NCBI GenBank assembly: GCA_965248265.1
Contig: CBDFJF010000001.1
Coordinates: forward strand, 3,040,001-3,104,000
Length of the DNA: 64,000 nt
DNA from: Candidatus Latescibacterota bacterium
Lineage (GTDB): Bacteria > Latescibacterota > UBA2968 > UBA8231
Direction: 5' to 3'
Below the pieces are notes generated by a model that saw only the letters and a list, made by a program, of their open reading frames with translations, was not told the origin of the DNA and did no database searches. Of the stretch, positions 49,004 through 58,153 are shown one piece after another. The position numbers and the translations under genes were made by a program. Position 1 is the first letter of the stretch, and every line of letters begins with the position of its first letter.

Positions 49004-49765
49004 ATGCGACCTATCATACTCGGTGCCGGCAGGGGCAGCCGTTTGAACGCCATGACCACAGATCAGCCCAAGCCCTATGTGCGGATCGATGGTCGACGCA
49101 TTCTGAACTGGGTGTTGGACTCGCTGCTTGCCGCCGGCCTCCAGCGACCGGTCTTTGTCGGCGGTTACCAGATCGACCTCATCCGGTCCGACTACAGCTT
49201 CCTGGATTTTTGTCACAACGAGCGCTGGGAGAGCACGAACATGCTGGCCTCCCTGTTCTGCGCCGAGGAGCACATGGAGGGTGGCTTTGTCTGCACCTAC
49301 GCCGATATCCTTTACCGGCCCAGCGTGGTACGTCGGGCGCTTGAGCATCCGGCCGATATCGTCCTGTGCGTGGACGTCGACTGGCGAGCCCGCTATGCCG
49401 ATCGCAGTCAGCATCCTGAAGACGATGCCGAGAAGGTTCAGGCACAAGAGGACTTGGTGCACGAGATCAACCGCTCAATGCCTTCCGATCAGGCCAGCGG
49501 TGAATACATCGGGGTAGCTCGTTTCTCGGCTGCCGGAGCACAGTGGCTTCGCGAGCACTATCACCGCTTGCGAGAGCGCTTCGAAGGGGTTACCTGGCGC
49601 GACGGCCGTACCTTCGAGCATGCTTACCTGATCCATTTGTTCCAGGAGATGATAGAGAGCGGCGTCCCCTTTCACATGGTGACGACGGAGGGTGGTTACA
49701 TGGAAGTGGACACGGAGGAAGACTATGCCCTTGCCAACCAGATCTGGCCACAAAGCTGGGAGTAA
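49004..49765 (+). CDS. Nucleotidyltransferase (LicC/phosphocholine cytidylyltransferase-like)
   Basis: ILGAGRGSRL...PKP, TNMLASL, YADILY, GEYIG and MEVDTEEDY. Confidence 0.85.
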   Translation: MRPIILGAGRGSRLNAMTTDQPKPYVRIDGRRILNWVLDSLLAAGLQRPVFVGGYQIDLIRSDYSFLDFCHNERWESTNMLASLFCAEEHMEGGFVCTYADILYRPSVVRRALEHPADIVLCVDVDWRARYADRSQHPEDDAEKVQAQEDLVHEINRSMPSDQASGEYIGVARFSAAGAQWLREHYHRLRERFEGVTWRDGRTFEHAYLIHLFQEMIESGVPFHMVTTEGGYMEVDTEEDYALANQIWPQSWE

Positions 49766-49768
49766 GCG

Positions 49769-50857
49769 ATGTCCACGGTGAAGGACTACGGCACCCTGTT
49801 TCCGACCGGGGTCGTCGGCTCTCTTCCTCGTTCAGCCTTCGTTCGCGATCTGATAAGCGGAGAGGCAGGTGGCGACGGTTTGCGAGAGGCATCCCTGGAT
49901 GCGGCCGTTGCCTACGCCGTAGGTCTGCAGGAGGCCGCGGGATTGGATATCGTTACAGACGGCGAGTGGCGCCGCACCTCCTACATCGGAGTGATCGCCG
50001 AGCTCGCTCATGGATTCGAGACGGGAGTCAATCCAGCGGACGGCCGTCCATGGACGACGGTTACTGCACCCGTGGCTCCAAAGAGTGCGGGGTTCGTTGC
50101 TCGCGAAGCGCAGTTCCTCAAGAGCGTCACCCGAGTCAGGACGAAAGCGACTCTGCCGGCGCCGGCGTTGCTGGGGGAGCGCATGTGGGATCCGGAGCGG
50201 TCCGCGAGCGCCTACCCCGAGCGCAACGACTTCGTGCGCGCCTGTGTTCCCATCCTGCGCACAGAGGCCCAGCTACTGGTTGAGGCCGGTGTGGATGTAC
50301 TGCAGATCGATGACCCTCACCTGTGTCTGTTCGTCGATCCCGAGGTCTGTGGCCAGTACGATGACGGTGGTGCCAGCGAGGCGGCCTTCAGCGTGGAGAT
50401 GAACAACGCCGTACTGGATGGGTTGGGAAGTAGCAGCACGGTGCGCCGGGCGGTGCATTTGTGCCGACGTGCCGGTGCCAGGGTGCGTGGTGAGGCCTGC
50501 TTCGCCGGAGGCTACGAGACTATCATCGAGCACCTCAACTCGTTGCAGGTCGATCAGCTGACGATGGAGTTTACTTCACCAGGCGCCGGTGAAATCGCCG
50601 CTCTTCGGGGTTTGCGCCCGGACCTCGAAATCGGCCTGGGCTGTGTCAGTGTACACCCAGGTCAGGTGGACGAGGCCAGCACCATCGTCGAGCGGGTCGA
50701 GGAAGCTCTCCAGGTCGTCGACGTGGATCGGATTCTATTGAATCCGGATTGCGGCTTTGCCCCGGGTTCAGCTGCGCGCGTCGATCTCGACGAGGTCTAC
50801 GTCAAGTTGAAGAACCAGACCGAGGCTGCTCGCCGGTTACGCGAGCGCCATGGTTGA
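49769..50857 (+). CDS. Single-barrel cobalamin-independent methionine synthase II family protein
   Basis: VVGSLPR, TDGEWRR, QIDDP, and Zn ligands in HLC, E and NPDCGF. Confidence 0.85.
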   Translation: MSTVKDYGTLFPTGVVGSLPRSAFVRDLISGEAGGDGLREASLDAAVAYAVGLQEAAGLDIVTDGEWRRTSYIGVIAELAHGFETGVNPADGRPWTTVTAPVAPKSAGFVAREAQFLKSVTRVRTKATLPAPALLGERMWDPERSASAYPERNDFVRACVPILRTEAQLLVEAGVDVLQIDDPHLCLFVDPEVCGQYDDGGASEAAFSVEMNNAVLDGLGSSSTVRRAVHLCRRAGARVRGEACFAGGYETIIEHLNSLQVDQLTMEFTSPGAGEIAALRGLRPDLEIGLGCVSVHPGQVDEASTIVERVEEALQVVDVDRILLNPDCGFAPGSAARVDLDEVYVKLKNQTEAARRLRERHG

Positions 50858-50866
50858 TGTCTCCAA

Positions 50867-52192
50867 TCATCTATCAACGTGCCCTCTTGCCCGTCGTTGC
50901 CACACGCGCAGCTGTGCCATCGTAGGCATCCGGCCTGTTTCCGTTGTCGCGGAGAGGCGTTCGGACAACTCTGCAGTGGAGTAGCCAACGAGGTCTCCGA
51001 CGGACGTTACGCCCGCTCGTACCAGGGCATTGCCGTGCTCGGTTCCGATCCCCTGATGCAGATATAGGCCGGTCAGTCGCTCGATCCGCTTTTGTTGCGA
51101 CGAGTCCAACTGTTCGGACAGCGTTCGCCACTTCTGAGTTGACCCCGGTCCCCTCAGCTGAGTCAAATAGACGATTCCGTTATCCTCAAGTCGCCGTCGT
51201 ACATCGGCGTCCAGAGACTCAACCTGAGACACACGTGGTGTCATCGAGGCCACCGTCCAGGATTCGACGCCGAAGAACACGAACACGCTGAATATTCCTC
51301 CGAAAACCAAGGCCAGGGATTGGTGGCTCCCGTTCAGAGACGGTTTCTGCTGTGAGAATTCCCCAAAGGCCGGAGCCAGGCGGTGCCAGACCAACAGGCG
51401 GTAGGTACAGGCGCATTCCACGGCGAAGGGAGGGAAGCCGATGAAGCCGGCCAGGGGCATCTCGAAGAGCTTGAGCTCGTCGAAGAAGGGCACGGTGTAA
51501 ATCCACTTGGCTCGCGCCCAATAGTTGAAGAACTCCCAGCACAGGCCAGCTATCATGCCCGCCAGAAGCATGCGCACGGTCGGTCCGTATTCACCTCGCT
51601 CAAGCTGTCGCAACAGGCCGTCGATGCCACGCCGGTAGTTGATCGGCGCGACAAAGAGGATGGCGGATCCCCATACCAGTGCGAAGAAGAGCTGTGGCTT
51701 CAGCATCGGCAGCACCAGAAACAATACTCCGGCGACTTGCAACAGAACGAGTTGGCGAGCGGAGAAGACGAGAGCGGGACCCCGAATGCGTCGACCCAGC
51801 CGCAACAGGGACAACGTATGTCCAATCCAGAAGATCCCGGGAAACACGGTACCGAAGGCGATGAACGTGCCGACGAGTCGGATCACTGCCGAATCAGTCA
51901 CGAACACGTAGTACCAATTCTGCAGGCGAAAATTCAACATCTCAAAGAAAAACCAGACCACGGCTGACCAGAACAGTATCAGGCCGAATCCGCGCAAACC
52001 GCAACGGCCGATCAGTGAGGTGCCTTCGATCTGGTGGATGATGCGGTCGAGGGAGAAGATGAGGCCGTACCAGGCGACCAGGTAGAAATGCGTCGACACC
52101 GGCTCGCTCTGCATCAAGGTCAAAGCAAACGCCGCAGCAATCACCAGGGGTCCGGCAGCAAGGAGGACCATTCCGAGGGCTGGATGCTGCAT
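50867..52192 (-). CDS. Membrane protein with C-terminal DUF4332-like (HhH) domain
   Basis: FEMLNFRLQNWYY, WEFFNYW...KWIYTVP and LFEMPLAGFIGFPPF; C-terminal GIG...LVRAGV. Confidence 0.7.
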   Translation of the reverse strand: MQHPALGMVLLAAGPLVIAAAFALTLMQSEPVSTHFYLVAWYGLIFSLDRIIHQIEGTSLIGRCGLRGFGLILFWSAVVWFFFEMLNFRLQNWYYVFVTDSAVIRLVGTFIAFGTVFPGIFWIGHTLSLLRLGRRIRGPALVFSARQLVLLQVAGVLFLVLPMLKPQLFFALVWGSAILFVAPINYRRGIDGLLRQLERGEYGPTVRMLLAGMIAGLCWEFFNYWARAKWIYTVPFFDELKLFEMPLAGFIGFPPFAVECACTYRLLVWHRLAPAFGEFSQQKPSLNGSHQSLALVFGGIFSVFVFFGVESWTVASMTPRVSQVESLDADVRRRLEDNGIVYLTQLRGPGSTQKWRTLSEQLDSSQQKRIERLTGLYLHQGIGTEHGNALVRAGVTSVGDLVGYSTAELSERLSATTETGRMPTMAQLRVWQRRARGHVDR

Positions 52193-52216
52193 GAGCAGAT
52201 CACCGTCCGCGAGGAC

Positions 52217-54103
52217 TTACCTCGTGAGCGGACCCCGCATACGGTCAAGCACCGGCACCGGTGCCGCCAGTTCAATCAGATCGGGCAGATCAAACTCAGC
52301 CAGCAGGCCGAAGCAGAAGAGGGGTGCGGCCTGATCGTATGGGATGGGCCAGTCAATCAATTGATGAAGCGAAACCATCAGGCGATCTGCGCGGTAGAAG
52401 CAGACGCTCTCAGGCTCCAAGGCCGTGGCGATCAAGGCAGCAACGGGAAGCACATTCCCCGTGGCACTTAAGTGCACGGCATCGCAGCGGAAACGTCGGC
52501 GGGCCCAGTCGATCAAGGCGATCAACTGACCGACCTGAATGCCCAACGGGCGCTCACCGGTTGAGGCCAGAACCATCGACAGACGTGAATCGAAGGCGCA
52601 TTCGCCGCTATCGAACAGATCGGCTGCCAGCACCCGCCGGCCATCAGCCAGCGCCGATGTCACGTGGTGCCGCATCCGTTTGCGCCCAGTGTCGCCAACG
52701 ATGATTTCAATTCCCCCGCGCCCACGGCTCGAGGGCGTGAATTCGGTCACCGGTACACTCCACGAACGGTCGAGTCGCAGGATGCTGTGTTGCCACTGCA
52801 GTTCTCGGCGCACTTTCCGACGCCCGATGCTGCGGGCCACGACCTTGTCGAAGCTGACCAGCCGAATGACCTCGCCCAGCTTGCGCCGCGCCGCCGCTTT
52901 CCGTCGACCCGTGAGCAGGCGCCGGCCGTCGGGTCTGGCTGATCGCTGTCGCTTTGTTTTGATGGAGATGAGGTTGTCGCGAGCCAGCGAGTGCAGGGTC
53001 TGATTGTTGGCGGGAAGCCCCGTGTTGAGCTCGGCCTCCGTCAAGATCTCGCTTTCCCAGGGCAATTCCTCATCCGGGGTATCCAGGTCGAAGTGGCGGT
53101 TCAGGAAGCGGTACAGCTGCTCGCGGTTGTTGCGATCATAGTTGTGAACACGCGGATCCACACAATCGTAGAGCACGAAGTTGTCAGCCGCATCCAACAG
53201 CTCGAATACCGGTTTCACCGGCAGGTACACGGACTTGCGGGTCCGTTTGGTCTGAAAGCAGCAATCGTCATAGCGGTTGTAGATCAACAGCGTTGGCCTT
53301 GGCGCGAACAGGGCCGTAAGAACGTCGTAATCGACGATGGAACAGAAATCAGATGGTACTTGTTCGAGGTCGCCGATGTCATCCATGCAGGTACGTCGTT
53401 GCCACACGGGTGAGTAACCGGCTACCGGAACGATGACGCGGACACGTTCATCCAGGGCGCTCAGCAGGGCCGTCTGCCATCCTCCTCCAGACAGTCCCGT
53501 CATCGCTACTCTGTCATGGTCGGCGCGTGGGCGCGCAAGCAGCACGTCCAGACCGCGTTTCATCACGAGGTAGAAAACACCGATTCCGGCGATGCCGCAC
53601 AGATCCAGCAGGCCGATGCGGTTGTGGTCGCTGTCAGCCCGCAACTCGCCCATGCCGATGAACTCCGTCGATAGCGCCAGCATGCCGCGTTTGGCAAGGT
53701 TGATGCAGCGAGCCTGCTTGTAGTCCATGGCCTTGCCGCCCACGTGGTGGCCATTGGGGTTGAGGACGACCGGCAGTTTACCTCGTCCGGGCAGAGTCGG
53801 CTCGTACAACAACGCCGGCACCCACATCCCGGGGTAACCTTCGTAGGTCAGCTTTCTGATGCGGTAACCGGCGCCGGTTTCGATAACGCCGGTCTCACGA
53901 ACCCGTGGCGGCTCCTTCAACAATCCTTCGGCGTGGCCGCGAAACAAAAGCTTCAGAACATTCGTACGAAATGCCTTTGCCTGTTTTAGCCAGACGCTAC
54001 GGGACTTCGGAAGCTCCAGTGGCTGCAGCCGCCGTCCTGCATAAGCGATGAGTTCGCGACTAGCGCTGCCGCCGATCAGTTTTCTGGCCAGTGCTTCTTC
54101 CAA
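52217..54103 (-). CDS. Alpha/beta hydrolase (acetylxylan esterase-like)
   Basis: YEGYPG..VPALLYEP, NPNGH, nucleophile elbow TGLSGGG and APRPTL. Confidence 0.8.
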   Translation of the reverse strand: MEEALARKLIGGSASRELIAYAGRRLQPLELPKSRSVWLKQAKAFRTNVLKLLFRGHAEGLLKEPPRVRETGVIETGAGYRIRKLTYEGYPGMWVPALLYEPTLPGRGKLPVVLNPNGHHVGGKAMDYKQARCINLAKRGMLALSTEFIGMGELRADSDHNRIGLLDLCGIAGIGVFYLVMKRGLDVLLARPRADHDRVAMTGLSGGGWQTALLSALDERVRVIVPVAGYSPVWQRRTCMDDIGDLEQVPSDFCSIVDYDVLTALFAPRPTLLIYNRYDDCCFQTKRTRKSVYLPVKPVFELLDAADNFVLYDCVDPRVHNYDRNNREQLYRFLNRHFDLDTPDEELPWESEILTEAELNTGLPANNQTLHSLARDNLISIKTKRQRSARPDGRRLLTGRRKAAARRKLGEVIRLVSFDKVVARSIGRRKVRRELQWQHSILRLDRSWSVPVTEFTPSSRGRGGIEIIVGDTGRKRMRHHVTSALADGRRVLAADLFDSGECAFDSRLSMVLASTGERPLGIQVGQLIALIDWARRRFRCDAVHLSATGNVLPVAALIATALEPESVCFYRADRLMVSLHQLIDWPIPYDQAAPLFCFGLLAEFDLPDLIELAAPVPVLDRMRGPLTR

Positions 54104-54146
54104 GGGGGACTTTCAGTGGTCGGAAGGATACGTCGGAGGGAATAGC

Positions 54147-54177
54147 AAAACGGGGCGACCGACAGAGTCGGCGCCCC
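54147..54177 (-). terminator. Terminator downstream of the small gene at 54226..54426
   Basis: GGGGCGCCGAC-TCT-GTCGGTCGCCCC followed by GTTTT on the minus strand. Confidence 0.7.
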
Positions 54178-54225
54178 ACAAGGTCCTGCTCAGTAAAAGT
54201 GGATACGAATTCGGCGGAGAAGGTC

Positions 54226-54426
54226 CTACTTGTTGGATCTTTTCAAGACTGGCAGACCGTTCTTGCTCTCGGAAACCTCATAGCCATCAGGAACGGCGTC
54301 CAATGAGCCTTCCCTTTCTTCCTTAGCGAAGAAATAGATGGTCTGAGAGTTTCCGTTCTTAAGGGTCGTTGTCTTGGAATGAAGTAAATACGACTTGCCC
54401 TTGGAATTCGTAAACGAGAATGCCAT
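54226..54426 (-). CDS. 66-aa conserved hypothetical basic protein
   Basis: AAGGAG RBS; TNSKGKSYLLH, IYFFAK and GYEV...GLPVLKR; own terminator. Confidence 0.8.
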   Translation of the reverse strand: MAFSFTNSKGKSYLLHSKTTTLKNGNSQTIYFFAKEEREGSLDAVPDGYEVSESKNGLPVLKRSNK

Positions 54427-54554
54427 GGAGCCAGCTCCTTTCAATATTAGACAAATGTATTCGACATCGCCGAGTCTTCCTAGCTATTATACCGAAAATT
54501 CCCGAAATCTGCCATGTATGACCCATGGCCGTACACGACGCATCAGGACAAACC

Positions 54555-55316
54555 ATGAAGCTGATTGAATCCACGGAGAATGCATTCGGGGGAGTTATCA
54601 TCGAACCGGCGGCATTGCAGGCGGATCCCGCCGAGTTTGACAGGATGCTGGCGTACTCGATCGAGGCCTGGAAGCAGGCCGACTACCGCGTGGCGTGGCT
54701 GCAGGTACCGATTGAGCACTCGCAACTCATTCCGATCGCTGTCGAACAGGGTTTCACCTTTCATCACAGCGAAGAAGACTACCTGATGATGACGCATCAG
54801 CTTGAAGAAGGTGCGTTCGTCCCGGCGCACGCCTCCCACTACATCGGCGCCGGCGGTGTCACCATCAACGACAAACGCGAACTGCTGGTGGTGAGCGAGC
54901 GTTACCATCGACAGAAGAGTGACGGACCTCCTCGTTACAAACTGCCTGGTGGCGCGTTGCACGCCGGAGAGCACCTGGTCGAAGGTGTCATCAGGGAGGT
55001 TAAGGAAGAGACGGGAGTTGATACCGAGTTCGACGCACTCGTCTGTTTTCGTCACTGGCACGGGTATCGATATGGCAAGTCGGACATTTACTTCGTGTGT
55101 CGCCTGCATCCGGTAAGCCATGAGATTTCCATTCAGGCGGAAGAGATCGCGGAGAGTCTGTGGATGCCGGTGGAAGACTACCTGGGGGCGGAGAACGTGA
55201 GCGTTTTCAACAAGAAAATCGTGGCTGCCGCTATGGACAGTTCAGGGATTACGCCGACACCCGTGGATGGCTATGGGGATCCCGAGCGCTACGAGTTTTT
55301 CATGCCCTCGATATGA
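54555..55316 (+). CDS. NUDIX hydrolase with pre-Nudix domain (NUDT6-like)
   Basis: GFTFHH, ASHYIGAGG, KLPGG...REVKEETG and FRHWH...GKSDIYFVC. Confidence 0.88.
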   Translation: MKLIESTENAFGGVIIEPAALQADPAEFDRMLAYSIEAWKQADYRVAWLQVPIEHSQLIPIAVEQGFTFHHSEEDYLMMTHQLEEGAFVPAHASHYIGAGGVTINDKRELLVVSERYHRQKSDGPPRYKLPGGALHAGEHLVEGVIREVKEETGVDTEFDALVCFRHWHGYRYGKSDIYFVCRLHPVSHEISIQAEEIAESLWMPVEDYLGAENVSVFNKKIVAAAMDSSGITPTPVDGYGDPERYEFFMPSI

Positions 55317-55323
55317 CATAACA

Positions 55324-55373
55324 GCGACTGCCCGTCGCCTGGCTTGGCGACTGCCCGTCGCCTGGGTGGCGAC
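55324..55373. repeat. Tandem hairpin repeat GCGACTGCCCGTCGCCTGG x2 plus a partial third unit
   Basis: Exact 19-nt copies at 55324 and 55347 between convergent genes; each folds as GCGAC/GTCGC. Confidence 0.85.
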
Positions 55374-55378
55374 GGTTG

Positions 55379-56371
55379 CTATTTCAGGTCCAGTTTCTCG
55401 AGCACTTCTGGATTGACCACGTGTTCGGGAACCCTGCCCTGCAACATCGCCAGCACCTCACGACCGGCCATCAGGTTCATCTCACGTCGTGCCGTCACCG
55501 TATTCGAACCCGCATGGGGCATGGCGATGACGCGCTCGTGCTCGACGAGTTCGCTGGAAATCCCAACCGGCGGCTCTGTTGCCTGGCAGTCCAACCCCGC
55601 GCCGGCGATATGGCCGGTGGTCAGAGCCTCGAGCAGGGCCTCTTCATCGACCAATCCTCCACGGGCGGTATTGATGAAGAAGCTGCCCGCTTTCATGCGC
55701 GTGAGAAAGTCGGCGTTGACGATCTTCTCGTTTTCAGTCGTGGAGGGGATGTGGAGGGTGATCGCGTCAGATTCGCTCAGTAACTGGTCCATGGTCGCCG
55801 GGGTGGCACCGAGTTCGCGAATCGATGACTCCTCGACCCAGGGATCGTGCACCAGTATGGCCATCTTGAATCCCCGGGCACGGCGTACGACCTCCGCTGC
55901 GATGCGGCCCCCGCCAAGCAAGCCCAAGGTCATCGAGCACAGGTCCTCGCCCATCGGTACCTGGTACTGGCCGGCCTTGACGTTCGCGCTTCCCGCGGGG
56001 ATGCGCCGGACCAGTGCCAGCAGGAGACCGAGGGTCTCGTCGGCGACCGCGTTGGCCATGACACCGGGGGTGTTGACGACGACGATGCCGCGTTGAGTGC
56101 AGGCCTGCAGATCGACCTGGTCGTAGCCAACGCCGTTGCGGGCTACGATCCGCAGTCGTTCGGCCTTTTCGAGGGTGAAATCATTGATCCGGTCGCCACC
56201 GGCAATGATGGCGTCGACGCCCTCGAGTTTCTCCCGGGTCTTCGCCTGCGGTTGCCCTGGGGCGGTGCGAGCGCAAACTACCTCAAACCCCGCCTCTTCC
56301 AACATGGCTTGTGCCGGAGGTACACCGCCGAAATCAAGCCCGGCTGTGAACAACACTTTCGGTGTAGGCAT
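55379..56371 (-). CDS. D-isomer-specific 2-hydroxyacid dehydrogenase (SerA-like)
   Basis: RNGVGYD, GGGRIA, INTARGGLVDE and GAGLDC..EPP...MPH. Confidence 0.92.
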   Translation of the reverse strand: MPTPKVLFTAGLDFGGVPPAQAMLEEAGFEVVCARTAPGQPQAKTREKLEGVDAIIAGGDRINDFTLEKAERLRIVARNGVGYDQVDLQACTQRGIVVVNTPGVMANAVADETLGLLLALVRRIPAGSANVKAGQYQVPMGEDLCSMTLGLLGGGRIAAEVVRRARGFKMAILVHDPWVEESSIRELGATPATMDQLLSESDAITLHIPSTTENEKIVNADFLTRMKAGSFFINTARGGLVDEEALLEALTTGHIAGAGLDCQATEPPVGISSELVEHERVIAMPHAGSNTVTARREMNLMAGREVLAMLQGRVPEHVVNPEVLEKLDLK

Positions 56372-56476
56372 AGCTATCGCGATCGGGAGTCTGGTGATTT
56401 TGGTCAGGGCTTGGAGCAGACCATATCTTAATTGTTACGGATCATCGTCTGGTCCGAGATGAAGCGAACTAATTAA

Positions 56477-57067
56477 ATGGGAGATTATTCCCTGTCAACG
56501 ATGAGTACGCGAAAAAAACCGAGTGACTGTGAGAAACTGGCGGGAGGTTTCCGTTTACTGCTGCTCTTCGCTGTCCTGTCCGCATGCGGCTCCGGTTTGC
56601 TGCGCAAGGAGATCGTCTTCACGCAAGCGGATCTGCAGTCCAAGGTCGAGAAGAGCTTCCCGGTCAACAAAAAGAAACGACTAGTCAAGGTCGAACTCAG
56701 CAACCCGAGCATCCTGCTGGCAGCCGGATCGGAACGTATAGGCATGCGGCTGCAGATCGCCGCGGCCTTGCCGGGAATGGGCACGGTAACCGGTTCAGCA
56801 GAGGCCGACGGGGACCTGGTGTACCGATCCGACCATGGGAAGATCGCCATCACCAATGCAAAACTGCGCCAACTGGATATCGGCGAAGTGCCTTTGGCAT
56901 ATCGCAAAACGGTTGAGGCCATCGCAGCCAGTTTGACAAAGAGGTACCTCTCCGACGTCACCATCTACACATTGAACCAGGACGAGTTCAAGGAATCGTT
57001 GGCGAAATTGATATTGCGCACCATAGCGGTCGAGGACGGCCGCGTTGTCGTGGAAATCGGACTCTGA
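56477..57067 (+). CDS. DUF1439-like lipoprotein
   Basis: Lipobox LSAC; LQSKVEKSFPV and IYTL motifs; start uncertain. Confidence 0.7.
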   Translation: MGDYSLSTMSTRKKPSDCEKLAGGFRLLLLFAVLSACGSGLLRKEIVFTQADLQSKVEKSFPVNKKKRLVKVELSNPSILLAAGSERIGMRLQIAAALPGMGTVTGSAEADGDLVYRSDHGKIAITNAKLRQLDIGEVPLAYRKTVEAIAASLTKRYLSDVTIYTLNQDEFKESLAKLILRTIAVEDGRVVVEIGL

Positions 57068-57068
57068 T

Positions 57069-58142
57069 ATGCCTCACTCGACGGACGACCTTCGTATAGC
57101 AAACCTCAAGCCGCTGATCCCGCCAGCCATCCTGATGGAGGAGCTGCCGGTGGAGGAGACGGCCGGTCTCACGGTGAGTAAGGCACGGCATCAAATTCGC
57201 GAGATCCTCGAAGGCAGGGACGATCGTCTCGTCGTCGTCGTCGGCCCCTGTTCCATCCACGACACGGGCGCAGCCACAGAGTACGCCCAGCGCCTGGCGA
57301 AACAGGCAGCCGAGCTCAACGCCGCACTCCTCGTCATCATGCGGGTTTACTTCGAGAAACCGAGAACGACGGTCGGTTGGAAGGGGTTGATAAACGATCC
57401 GCATCTGGACAATCGTTTTTCAATCAACGAAGGGCTGCGCATTGGCCGCCGGTTGCTACTCGACCTTGCGAATATGGGGATGCCGGCCGGCTGCGAATTC
57501 CTCGATACCATCATGCCGCAATTCCTGGCCGACCTGGTTTCGTGGGGGGCCATCGGAGCGCGGACGACCGAGAGTCAGGTCCACCGCGAGTTGGCGTCGG
57601 GTCTGTCGATGCCGGTCGGATTCAAGAACGGCACCGACGGCAACACCCAAATTGCTGTGGACGCCATCAAGGCAGCGCGAGATCCGCACCATTTCTTGTC
57701 AGTAACCAAGCAGGGCATTTCCGCGATCGTGGCGACGGCGGGCAATGACTGTTGCCACGTGATTCTGCGGGGCTCGACCCATGGGCATAACTACGATAAA
57801 CGCAGCGTGGACATTCTTGCGGATACCCTGCGTGTGGCCGATTTGCCTTTTCGGTTGATGACGGACTGCAGTCATGGCAATAGTGAGAAAGACGCCAGTC
57901 GGCAGCCTCATGTGGCTGACGAAATCGCCGGCCAGATCGGTGGAGGCTCAGACAACATCTTCGGAGTCATGCTGGAGAGTCACCTCGTCGAGGGCCGCCA
58001 GGATCTCGCCGATGGCAAAGCGCTCGTCTACGGGCAAAGCATCACCGATGCCTGTATCTCTTGGGAGACCACCGAGCAGGTATTGGCTGATCTTGCCGAG
58101 GCGGTCGAAGAACGTCGAGCCACGAAGCGCTCCACATCCTGA
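57069..58142 (+). CDS. aroG: 3-deoxy-7-phosphoheptulonate (DAHP) synthase, class I (AroF/G/H type)
   Basis: GPCSIHD, MRVYFEKPRTTVGWKGL, IGARTTESQ, DCSHGNS and YGQSITDAC; feedback specificity cannot be read from sequence. Confidence 0.93.
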   Translation: MPHSTDDLRIANLKPLIPPAILMEELPVEETAGLTVSKARHQIREILEGRDDRLVVVVGPCSIHDTGAATEYAQRLAKQAAELNAALLVIMRVYFEKPRTTVGWKGLINDPHLDNRFSINEGLRIGRRLLLDLANMGMPAGCEFLDTIMPQFLADLVSWGAIGARTTESQVHRELASGLSMPVGFKNGTDGNTQIAVDAIKAARDPHHFLSVTKQGISAIVATAGNDCCHVILRGSTHGHNYDKRSVDILADTLRVADLPFRLMTDCSHGNSEKDASRQPHVADEIAGQIGGGSDNIFGVMLESHLVEGRQDLADGKALVYGQSITDACISWETTEQVLADLAEAVEERRATKRSTS

Positions 58143-58153
58143 ATACTTCCAGA

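Noticed and set aside
55324-55373. Possible mini-CRISPR array
   Set aside because: Units are separated by only 3-4 nt, with no spacers and no cas genes
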